NCBI GenBank assembly: GCA_037447605.1
Contig: CM074811.1
Coordinates: forward strand, 2,170,001-2,234,000
Source: Zygnema circumcarinatum SAG 698-1b
Taxonomy: Eukaryota; Plantae; Zygnematophyceae
Length of the DNA stretch: 64,000 bases
Reading direction: 5' to 3'
Shown here piece by piece: positions 13,301 through 27,517 of this stretch. The position numbers were made by a program, and so were the translations under genes. The stretch's first letter is position 1. Each line of letters starts with the position of its first letter. The notes under the pieces are model-generated. The model was not told the origin of the DNA, did not search any database, and was given only the letters and a program-made list of their open reading frames with translations.

Positions 13301-14209
13301 TAAGGAGTCGCAGCTTTGAGGACCGAGGAGGGCTTGTTTGTGTGCTTCCTCCTCCCGGTGAGACAGGACAGCAGGAGGGGAGGAAGGTGGACGGGAGAAG
13401 GAACATACCCACATCTGAAGGGAATCAATTTTTGGGTTTGGCAGCAAGCAGCCCTGCACAGACTCTCCCTTCCTATGGGAGCGGGAAGCAGGCTCAATGG
13501 CAGGGAGTGGCTGCAGTTACTATTGGTTGGATTCAAACTGAGTCAGGGTTACAGCTGCTTAGCGATTCTCCCTCCCTCATCGGTAAGTTGACATTCAGAG
13601 CTGTCTCTCTCTTGTTGCAAGACACCTTCAGTCTTCTTCTTCTCTTCGAGAGACCTTGTTTCTTCACTATTCAGCAGTATCTCGATGTACATCGATATGT
13701 CTTGAGATGCATTCTTCTTTCGTGAATGGAAAGAAAACGTTTGGGACTTGCCAGGTGGCGGCTTTGGAGCTCTCGGACAGAAATGGAGTGGATCTAATGG
13801 CGCTGCGATTGTAGTGGTGCCCCTACACGTCCCTCGCCAGTTCAGTTGTGGAGAGGACCTTCAGGGGGATAGCAGCACTCAGCCCCTTTCCAGCGCTTTC
13901 CTTGTGACTCCCAAGCATGGGAGCTTGCAGACTGACCAGCCCTCTGTGCTGTCAATATCTCTTGCTTTGCACTACATGCCTGCGGGAGAGGTGGGGGGAG
14001 AAGAGGGAGTAACCGCAGGTCAGAGTGCAGTAGGTGGAGGAGGAAGTCTGGGCAGGCAGATAGTTCAGACTGTGGCAGCGGAGCTTCATGGACTCTCTTG
14101 GTTGAGTTTGACCCATGATGGGAGGAGAGTGAGCTCGGCGCCCATGCATTGTCGACTCGCACAGCGACTGCAAGGCTTGTTTGAGCATTTCAGACATTCT
14201 GCAGCTTAA
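4337..14209 (+). CDS. MED13: Mediator of RNA polymerase II transcription subunit 13 (multi-exon; start codon at 4337 inferred, an upstream in-frame ATG at 4301 is possible)
   Basis: Colinear exons match plant MED13: AHIWLQDAGHLSAW (~4920), LWLFFPKG (~5695), YVQFGH (~6440), SVELHFVAS (~6680), DILADYGGLSEVFEDDGL (~9170), PSILVG-YQEDWLATSPAILALWDKAPLEPY (11255-11500), VYEACRLGTHSP (~11970), VVYVVCPW (12371), AFSVYTKAR, LYEPLFVL, LHCCYTW..VWTDSRGELL, and C-terminal VAAELHGLSWL..PMHC ending at stop 14207-14209. Some internal exon boundaries were not resolved. Confidence 0.95.
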
Positions 14210-14450
14210 GAGGATGAAGGGACTGCCCGTATTACTTACAGGTGTTTCCATCGGTACGTCATGCTGAAAGATTTAAGTGCTTGCTGCGACTGCACTGCAC
14301 TTCAATTGGAGCGGTGAAATTTAGCAATTCAGAAACGGAGTTGGGGTTTGTGGACTTTTGCTATTTGACCGTCCTATGAGATGAACTCGTGAGGCCACAT
14401 TGGTCTCCGGAAAGCTTCACAAGAGGCCTTTCAGGTGGAGGGGGTTAGCT

Positions 14451-15600
14451 TCATGCAAGTATTAGCTCGACTATTCGAACATGGTTCTTTAAAACCGCGA
14501 GTAAGTTCAGCAGCTCCTCGTCAGGAGATTCACCTGCTCTACCATTTGCGGCTTCTGCTTCGTTGGCATGCATGATTCTTGATCTTAGCATCTTGACGTG
14601 TCTTAGAGCTCCCATGGTTTCTGTGCAATACAGCAGAGCCCAATGTTTTTTTTTATGGTTCAATAACCAAGTACTAAGGCTCTTAATAATGGTTTTCTCT
14701 CCTGCAGGTGGTTCGGTTAAAGGCGGGATTGGCCTTGTCTCATAATCCCACAACCAGGACCTTCTTTTCCGGCACTTGAGAAGTCACTCAGCGTAATAAA
14801 TTCTGCCCAGAGTTGTCACTTTATCAAGGTAGGCTCGTTGTGTTTTTTCTCGGAAGGTGTGTCCCATATTTTATCTCCCTTCAAACCGGAAATTTTACTG
14901 TCATATATGCCTACGTAATCTCAGTAATGGATCGTCGGTTAGTGTTCTGAAGTAGTGAGAGAAAAGATCTGAAGAGAGATCTGAACTGAAGATTATAACA
15001 GCATCAAAAAGGGAGAATAGAGAAGGGTTAATAGGAAGAAGAGGGATGGAGGGACGGAAGAGGGAGGACCGGGAGTTTTCCGCTCCTTCAAATTTTTAGG
15101 CACTCTTACCTTGTTAACTTCTCGCTCTCTTTCTTCCGTCCCCCATACTTCGATGGCATTTTGTTTTGCAAAAATTAATGATCGTCATTAAGATCCCCTA
15201 GAGGTGTTTCCAAATTTTTACAGGCCGTTTACTGAGCATGAGCTTAGCTTTGTTCCCTGCAGAAATTGAGATTAGCAACTTAGGTTCTCGTCTGGCAATT
15301 GAATGACAGTGGCTTCGCAAGATGGTCGACCGATGGTCCTCAACTTCTTGTTTCTCTATGCCGTTTTGATAGCGCGCTTTCAGTTGAATCCATTTGTCTC
15401 TCACTTCATTATCGGTCTCGATCTCAGCAGTTCGTTGACATCAAGACACAAAAACTAACGCAGGCAAAATGGACAAAATAGCAATCTTCTCCACAGGAAT
15501 TCTGCATGGCTTTTTTTTTTCCGGCGGGTCGGAGCACTAGCAAGGCGCCACGCACTGCTGCGGATCACTTCTTTGGTCTTATTTTGCTCCTGCGTGCCTC
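14451..15600 (-). pseudogene. Decayed gene with a Myb/SANT-like (trihelix or Harbinger ORF1-type) DNA-binding motif
   Basis: The minus strand reads RRKKKSHAEFLWRRL, then a stop, then NELLRS(frameshift)TDNEVRDKWIQLKARY, resembling the W...RTxxxCRDKWxxLKxxY pattern. Further open blocks continue to 14451. Confidence 0.4.
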
Positions 15601-16237
15601 TTGTACCGCTGTGCCTTTGGCGCTGGTGAACTGTAGTTTGTATTCATAAAATTGTCACGTCCAGCGTCAGAGAAATCAGCACGGTTGGTCACCCTCCGAG
15701 CATGGAACAATGCCAGCTATCACCGCAGCCATGCAACCGAGTTGGAGAAACGCTTAAAATCCGTGCAACGAAAGTCAACGAAAGGCTGGGATCCTTTTCA
15801 AACACTAAATGGACTGCATGCACGGTAAAGGCCAAACTTATTCCCACTCACATTGTGTCTCTGCGTGGAGCAGCAGCAGCATCCAACCGCAGCATCCACT
15901 GAGCACCAGGCGTACAAAAAATCCCCAAAGTCTACCTGTACACACAAAAAAGGCTGCTGCTACTTGTGCATGTGTACTCCACGCAGGTCATGGGCCGTAA
16001 AAAGGCTATGTACAGTGTCTCTACTCCACCTCTTAGTGTCTCTACTCCACTTCTCAGTGTCTATACCTTTCACTCTCAGCATAAGCCACAAAATGGACCG
16101 CATGGATCCACACTCCAAGCTTCCTGAAGGTTGCGAGACAGCGAGATAAACCTTGCGGATGGAAATCCGATCTCGCTGTAGAAAAAAACTCTTACGGAAA
16201 GCATCTTCTGTGTTCAATTCTTCCTACGACTTTTCCG

Positions 16238-16620
16238 TCAAGAGATCAACTTGCGCCTTTGGCGATCCATTTTGATGCTTGCAAGAACATCTGAGACGAT
16301 CCATGGGAAAGAAAGCAGCCTCTGCTTTCCCTTGCCTTTGATACCTCCTGTTTCATATAACTTTGAATACGTTACAATATACCATGCGGAGGCCATGGGC
16401 CAGAAATGACTGACATTGGTTATCTCGTCTCCTTTATCAAACTTTGCAGGAAAACTGGTCCCTTAGCTCTTCCCGCCTTCGCTTAAAGTATCGACCAAAT
16501 TAAGCATGTGCCCCGTTACCAGTTCTGCCTCGCTCTGTATTCCGTACCGATTCATGAGTCCCACTGTTTTGTGATCATAACACTTCTTGCACCGCCATGC
16601 AAATTCCAAATGTTCGGACA
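16238..16620 (-). pseudogene. RDR: RNA-dependent RNA polymerase (RDR1/2/6-type) C-terminal fragment
   Basis: EHLEFAWRCKKCYDHKTVGLMNRYGIQSEAELVTGH ... ASAWYIVTY ... LLSFPWIVSDVLASIK* are the conserved C-terminal blocks of plant RDRs. There is an in-frame TAA at 16463-16465 (or a compensated frameshift), and no catalytic DLDGD region is seen nearby. Confidence 0.8.
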
Positions 16621-18428
16621 GGAAAGGAAGAAGGAAGGACAAAAAACAAGGGTTAAGAAAAGACAAAATGGTACATACGACAACATGAAAATGTCTCATG
16701 TGCAACACTTCGCCCCCCAGCAAAATCTTGGACCCACCCCTGCCTTCGTGCTATCTAATTTCAATTCTGTTTTCCGAACTCATCGGTCAGCGCCTCAAAA
16801 ACTAATATCTTGGGTCCACCCCTGCTCGAATGTATGGGCAACCTAAAAACGAACGTTTTTTTGTGGGCCATGATGTACAGTCGAGAGCTATAGCATTCGC
16901 CACTATTGCACCGAAAAGCAAGAAGGAAAGGAGCGAACGAAAGGAGCCATTTGGTTTCCGATAGAGATAAAGGACTGGTATTGTTCTCACGCATGACGAT
17001 GGCATGAAATGTGCATGTTCAACAACAACAAGACACGAACATGAGGAGCCAACACAAGGGCGAGGAAAGACGGCGCCTCTCCATTGTGTCCGGTAGCGAA
17101 CGTGGCGTCTGACGTGGTCCTACGTGGCAGCCACTTCACTAGCTGAGTCCGCTGAAATGTGAGGGCGAGGACGCAAAACGCGCCGCGTGGATGACGCCTC
17201 TCGCTGACCAATCAGCGCTCGCCACTCAAAACGGCAAACGGAGCTGGCTACACGTAAACGCGACGGGAGCTTGAAAGGAAAGCAACGAGTGCTCACATTG
17301 TTTGAATGAAAAATCAAAATCGCCCAAAAACGCAGCAGTGTGAACACAACTTTTGTCTGGCCGGTCCTTAACTAAGACAAATCGAAGGGTCCAATCAGGT
17401 GTCGCCGAAACTGCAAAAAACGACAAAACAGAGTGCACAAATCGACAAAGAGGTGGATCGAGAAGATTTTATAAGGACGTGGCGAAGCATCAGCCAATCA
17501 GCAGCAGCCAAATTCGGAGGTCGGCTCGTCCGCGCTTTAGGGACAGGCTGGCTCAAGTTGTAGTTTTAGAGTAAGGGCGATAATATCGCCACATTGCCGA
17601 CGTATCGTCTGTCGTGGACCGAATCTGCCGGTTGCCGGTTGCCGGTTGCCGGCACTGCACCTCTTCGGGTGGCCGAATAGTAACGGCGCCAGCGGCCACG
17701 CCGGCAGTTTCTAATAAACCTGCACATCTTGAACGAAAGGGAATCTTCCATGTGTCAGCGGAGGAATCGTAACGTGATGCTCGGTGGCACGTGGCGCTCC
17801 CCCGCGGCAAAAACTTTAAAAAGCTCATGTCGTTGAGCCGGCCGCGGAACCGTCCATATGGCATTATACGTGCCGACAAAAAGTCACCTCCGAAAGCGAC
17901 AAGCTCACAGAACAACAAAAATCGGCAAAATATCAATACGCCAGAAAACATGTACGAACAATCTTTTCAAGCCAATAAGCGGCGACCACAAAGTCTATCA
18001 ACCAATCAGCGATTCCAGAACTGCCAAATCAAATAAGCACTACTGAACATAAGAGGGACCAGCCCGCGGCTATTTTGACCTGACCGTACGCCTCGCTCCC
18101 AACCATTCATAGGGGGACGGCGCCGAGACAAAAGCCGCTTTGACCTACCGTCTCTCGCCCACCTGGTCGCTGCTCGCTCCCCCTCCCACTCCCTTCCATC
18201 CCTCCCGTGCCTTCTCCCTCCCTCTCCCTCACTCCCTCTCCCTCTCTCTCCCTCAACCTCTCCTCCTTTCTCTCCCTCTCTCACTCTCTTCCACTCCCTC
18301 TCCCGTTCACTCTCCCTCACGAGCGCTCCCTCTCCCTCTTCTTCCCCCTCTTTCACCACGCCTCCTTTTGCCGCTCTCCATCTGTCCTGCATCGCCATTC
18401 CTTTTCACCCTTTCCCGCCAGGCGAGCC

Positions 18429-19217
18429 ATGGATCCCCCGAGGCTCCTCCTTCCTCTCCTACTTTCCCTCCTCTCCCTCGTCTCCTTCCTCTCCCTCCTC
18501 TCCCTCCTCTCCCTCCTCTCCCTACTCTCCCCCCTCCCACCAGTCTCCGCCGCACGTGCGGGTGGAGACAAGGCCTACTTCCAAGCCGTCCTGAACACCC
18601 TCTTCGCCACCACCCTCCCCTCCGCCAACGTGGCGCTCTCTTCCGACGTGGCACCTGCCACGATGGCATCTTCTGCCGACGTGGCGCCTCCCGAGCCCGT
18701 AGTCGACGCCAGCCTCTCCCGGCGGACGGCCCTCGGCGCGGTCATGGGCGCGCCCTGCGGCTTTTTCCGTCATGCAGGACTGCGACTACACCGCGCAATT
18801 CCTGCCCCAAGTCGGATGTGACGGTCTTAAAGATGCCGCCGCGGAGCTTGACTGCCTCCGAAATGTTCCTTGGAAGACTCTTTACGGCCTCACTGACGCT
18901 CTCACTAACGACTACAATCTTCACCTCATCTCCTGCAGCTTCCGCGATCGCTTCCAAATCTTCGACTATGTGGTGGATGGGACCATCATCCCCACTCAGG
19001 TTCAGGAGGCCCTCGAAACCGGTAATTTCAACAAAGGTATGTTTGGAAAATTTGAGGTCGCAACTTTAGAGAACTCACAAAGGCAGACGTTGGAAATCCG
19101 TTGTGTTATGTATCATGCTTCGTTAATATTATCTTAAGGTAATGGCCCTTACTGAGTGAACGTTCCTAACATTGCTTGGTCGTTGTTGATGTTGTCTGCA
19201 GTTCCCTTCATGGTTGG
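18429..19217 (+). pseudogene. Internally deleted, retrotransposon-interrupted paralog of the type-B carboxylesterase at 23945
   Basis: Near-identical to 23945-24221 and to ~25975-26417. The middle of exon 1 (GGCGCGCCCTGCG) is fused to the intron tail before the DYTA exon, which removes the SEDCL, HGG and GNSAG exons. It stops at the N-gap/LTR in the VPFMVG exon. Upstream ~16920-17250 also matches ~23140-23460. Confidence 0.85.
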
Positions 19218-19230
19218 NNNNNNNNNNGAC

Positions 19231-22200
19231 TGTCGTCACCCAACCAACATACCGGCATACGGTTGCACGCCCATCCCGGGCTGCTCCCCACTCTGAAGCG
19301 CTTTCTCCCTCTCTCTCTCTCTCTTAGCTGAACTCTGAAGTGTAATTCCGCGCACGGCTGAAGGGGCTAGATTTCAGTCGTGACATTTGGTATCAGAGCA
19401 GGTTTTCGTTTCTTTTTGGGAAGGAACCTGTTGGTCATGGTGACCACTCGCCGGGCCGGAGGGGACCCGGGGCCCTCGGGGCCGCCACCTCCACCACCTT
19501 TCCCCCGGGATGAGGTGATGGAGGAGAACTCGGAGACGACGCCCGTCCCTATGGAGGGGCCGAGTCCCGAGCCCACGGGTGACCAAGGTCACCCGGAGAC
19601 CACCGCCCCTCTTCCCACCCAACCGGAGCCCGTGGCTCCGGTAGAAGCTCCAACTGGGCCCTACCCCATGATCGGGGCCCACATCACCGTGGGCGCGGCC
19701 CAGAAGATGAGGAACAGAATTGAGGATCTGGGGAAGAGTGTGAGGGAGCAGAACGTGAATACGTTGAGCTGCTCAAGGAAGGTGGACGACATGGAGCTCA
19801 CGGTCCGCCGTCTGGTGGACACGCTCCAAATGGAGTTCCGGAGCCTTTCGGACAGGCTCCGGAGGATCGAGGAAGGTATGCCCCGAACCCCCCCTCAGGC
19901 TGTAGAGGCAGTGGATGCAGCAGGTCCTGGGGAAGGGGTTAGGCAAGCCACTCCGGTAGCGTCGTCTGTCCCGACGCCCCAACCGGCTGCCGGAAGCAGC
20001 CGGCAGAAGTCCGGACCCCCTGGTTTTTCCACAGAGGGATCACTCCCACAGGGGTGGGACCACCCAGCGGTGGGGACCCCGTGGGGGCAGTCCTGGGCGG
20101 AGGAGTGCGTGCTGAGAATGCTCTCGCAACCTGCTGGCACCGACGGAGTCGGCCAGAAATGTTCTTTCTCTGAGGCAACCATTAGTCCCTGGACTGTTCG
20201 ATTGAGCATGGTTGGCTGGAGCAAAAGGGTACCTTCTGGCGACAGGCTGTCCCCCTGGTGGGTGACTTTGCTGCCCAGCCTGTAGAGGAGGTCCAGGTGT
20301 GGCCTCTCTGATGAGGTGAGAATGAGTTGGGATGAGTTCAGAGATGAACTGCTCAAGTCACTTTGGGGCCTTGGATCCCGGCTTGGAGGCCCGGGATAAA
20401 TTTCAGAACATGGTCCAAACCGGCAGTGTCAAGCAGTTCCTGCGAGACCTGCGTCAAGTGGTCCCTCAAATCACCACTCACAGCCTGGTCAGCAACTTAG
20501 TTCTTTTCACCCAGGAGTGGCTTGAAGCCACACTGAGGGACCAGCTGAGAACAGGGCACGAGTTCTGAAACCGTGGGACCCCGCTGACTCTGAGCTGTAC
20601 TTTGATGCAGCCATTCAGTTGGACACCGCCCCTGCAGGCGATGCAGGCCCTTCCCGACCCCAGCAGAGGTCGGGCGACGTGACAGGGTCGTGGAAGGCGG
20701 GACCCTCAGCTCCTGCCAAGATGGCAGGAAAGAACAAGCGGAAGCAGCCGGAAGCGGCTGCCCGCCCAGCCACTGCACGGCCACAGAAGTTGACTCCAGA
20801 GGAAATGGAGAAAGGCTGAGCGGGAGCAAGTGTTCCGTTGCCGCGAGGAGGGCATGAGGCCCGGGGATGCCTGTGAACTCCGGGCAGGAAGGGCAAGGCC
20901 GGGAAACCCGAACCACCACAGTCTTTAGGAAGTCGCTGCTGGCGTGGAGTGAGCAGGTTAGGGGATGGAGGGCGGTTCCGTCGCTCTAAGGGGCTTTTAT
21001 GGCTTAGGTAGGCGGGCATAACTAACTGTTGGGCAGGCCTTGCAAGGTGCACGATCTCGTTGTGTGTCATGCGCTTCCTGATTCCATGTCCCTTTCCCCT
21101 GCCACCGTGGTGACTCCCTCTAGGTTTATGGATGTAATGATGCGTGGCCAGTGGCATGTTTCAATTCTCAATGTTATGGGGGATGATGTCTTGATGAGAT
21201 GTGCCATGGATGCCTTGCTTGTCTTGCGGGATACTTCCCACATCCTTGGGCTGCATGTGCTGGTTCCTCAGCACTTGGCAGTTCGCACTTTTCCCAACGC
21301 CAACTGGCGGTTGGTGAAACAGCTGAGAAAAGGGCACAAGTTAGTGCAGACGATGGAAGGATCCACCAGTTCACTGGTTGGATCCCCCTACACCTTGGTG
21401 TGGAGGACGGCTCGTCCTCACCCCTCGCATATAGTGCGATCTATGTTCCATCTTGCCCATCGTGCCATGACCTTCATCGGGTCAGCCAATGGCCACCCAG
21501 CAGTTATACTGCTAGATACTGGGGCAGATGCTAACTTTGTTAGTTCTGCATTCACCCAGAGATTTGGGTTGACCACAGATCCCCATTCAGAAAGTGTTAC
21601 TTTCGGGGATGGACGCAAGGGCCAGATCTCTGGCAGCGTCCCACTCAAAATCAAGCTCCAATCCTACACCGGGGCAGTAAAGTGTCTTCTGACACAGCTG
21701 GCTCCGGGTACAGATGTTATTTTGGGGATTGCTTGGTTAACTGAGGTCAAGGCCCAATTGGACTTTTCTGTCCCACATTGGTCCTACAGTGGTGAAGGGC
21801 GGCTGCTCTGCACCCCTCGGGGCCACGTGCTCTCCTCTCTGAGCAGCCTGCTACTCCTTATCTCTGCTCGGCTATGCAATTGGCCAAGGCAGTTAAAGAG
21901 GGTTGCACCCTGTTCATGGTGCATGTCATGGCAGCCACTGAGGATGTTCATGACGGAGACCAAGAATGGCAGATCACATCTACGGATGTGCTCCCGGCTG
22001 TTCCGTCTCAGATCCAACCTCTGTTGGATGAGTTCAAGGATGTCTTCCTGGCGACCTTCCAGCAGCCATCGAGAGGGGTGAGGCACACAATCCCTCTTAA
22101 GGCCTAACGCAAAGCCGCTTGGGCGCCGATCTGTCGTAAGTGAAAGAAACCGAGGACTCCGAGAGCGGTTGGCAACTTGCATGGCGAGAACGAATAGAAC

Positions 22201-23081
22201 CCCAACAGAGCCCTTTTCAAGGCCACACCGGTCTATCGATTAGAAAGAAAGATAGTTTTTAAAGATGTGCATTGATTCTGGCGCGCTCAACAAGATCGCC
22301 TAAAGAAATCAATTTGTTGCACGATATCGATCTGTTTCAATCGTACGCGCCCAAAGTGTTCACATCACTTGATCTTGCTCAGGGGTATCATCAGATCCGC
22401 GTCACGGAAGCTGATGTGCCAAAAACTGCGTTCCGGACACCGATTGGTCATTTCCAATATAAGGTGTTGCCCTTTGGATTGACGAATGCTCCGGCAACTT
22501 TCCAGGCTGTCATGAACGAGATGTTCATAGGCATGGATGACTTTGTTTTGGTTTACCTCGATGATATCCTTGTCTTCAGTAAGACGGAGGAGGAACATCT
22601 TGAACATGTTCGGAAAGTGTTTGAGACCCTGGGGAAACACCAATTTTATGCCAAGGGAAATCACACTTCATGCAGCGTAGATTGCTTTATCTTGACATCT
22701 TCTAAATGATGGGCCTGAGCCTGGTCCTGCAAGGCTTAACAATTGGAAACTTAGGACGCCACAGATTAGTTTGCCATCATTGAGGTATTTTATGGGCTTA
22801 CAAATTATTTTCGTAAGTTCATCCAAGGGTTTAGTAAACTGGTTACCCCCTTGACTAATTTGACACGTTCCGGTGTCCCCTTTACATGGACCCCTGAATG
22901 CCAGGATGCATTCAAAGGTGTGCGCCATGCACTTGTTACCGCACCCACTCTCCGTTTAGCGGACCCGTCCAAGCCTTATGAAGTGGTTTGTGATGCTTCG
23001 GGATTCGCCTTGGGTGCCGTCTTGTTTCAGGATGGTCAACCTCTGGCGTATGAAAGTCGCAAAATGAATCCCGCTGAGCGC
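19231..23081 (+). mobile_element. Ty3/gypsy LTR retrotransposon, degenerate; 3' part lost in an assembly gap
   Basis: 5' LTR 19231-19385 (TGTC...GACA) and PBS TGGTATCAGAGC at 19388-19399 (tRNA-iMet type). Gag from MVTTRR (19439) with a QTGSVKQF motif, protease LLDTGADANFV (~21505), RT SLDLAQGYHQIR..PFGLTNAPATFQ..VYLDDILVFS (22365-22660), RNase H VVCDASGFALGAVLFQ..AYESRK (22980-23081). Many stops and frameshifts. Confidence 0.95.
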
Positions 23082-23944
23082 NNNNNNNNNNCTCCCTCTT
23101 CGTTTCCCATGAATGAATGGTACATCGACAGCATGGAGAACCACGAGGAATTGCTCACAATGGACCTAAGGACAAACGAAAGGAGCCATTTGGGTTCCCA
23201 TAGAGAGAAAGGACTGGTATTGTTCTCAAGCATGGCGATGGCATGAAAAGTGCATGTTCAACAACATTATGGAGAACCAACACAAGGTTGAGGACCGACG
23301 GCGCCTCTCCATTGCGTCCGGTAGCAAACGTGGCGTCCGACGTGGTCCTTCGTGGCAGCCACTTGACTAGTCGAGTCCGATGAAAATTGTGAGGGCGCGA
23401 ACGCAAAATGCGCCACGTGGATGGGACCTCGCGCCGACGAATCAGCGACTACCACGTGGTAGTCAAATGGTCATGCTGCGACCTCCAGCAGCGGTCACGG
23501 CGAGTGCCTGCCAGCGTGGCATTCAGTCTGGTCCTCTACATCCAACGTGCCATTGCGTGATTGAATAATGCCACGTCGGCGCCACGTTGTCTCAACTTCG
23601 TCCGTACTAACTAACTTCGAGTCGAACGGGTCCAATCAGTGGCCACCAAACCGCAAAAGTCGACAAAACACAGTCCGCACATCGAACAAAACGGAACCGC
23701 CTCGCCGACACTCTCGCCGTCGCTCGCTCCCCCTCACACTCCCTCCCATCCCTCCCCTGCCTTCGCCCTCCCTCTTCCTCCCTCTCCCTCACTCTCCGTC
23801 TCTCTCTCCCTCTCCCTCTCCGCGTTCTCTCTCCCTGACGAGCTCTCCCTCTCCCTCTTCCTCCTCTTTCTCCACACCTCCTTTTGCCGCTCTCCATCTA
23901 TCCTGCATTGCCATTCCTTTCCTCCCTTTCTAGCCAGGCGAGCC

Positions 23945-27517
<3,573 letters not shown>

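Noticed and set aside
9567-13725. Long ORFs (419, 167, 286 and 170 aa) as separate genes, and many overlapping antisense ORFs
   Set aside because: The plus-strand ORFs are large MED13 exons with intron read-through, and the antisense ORFs are shadows of GC-rich exons.
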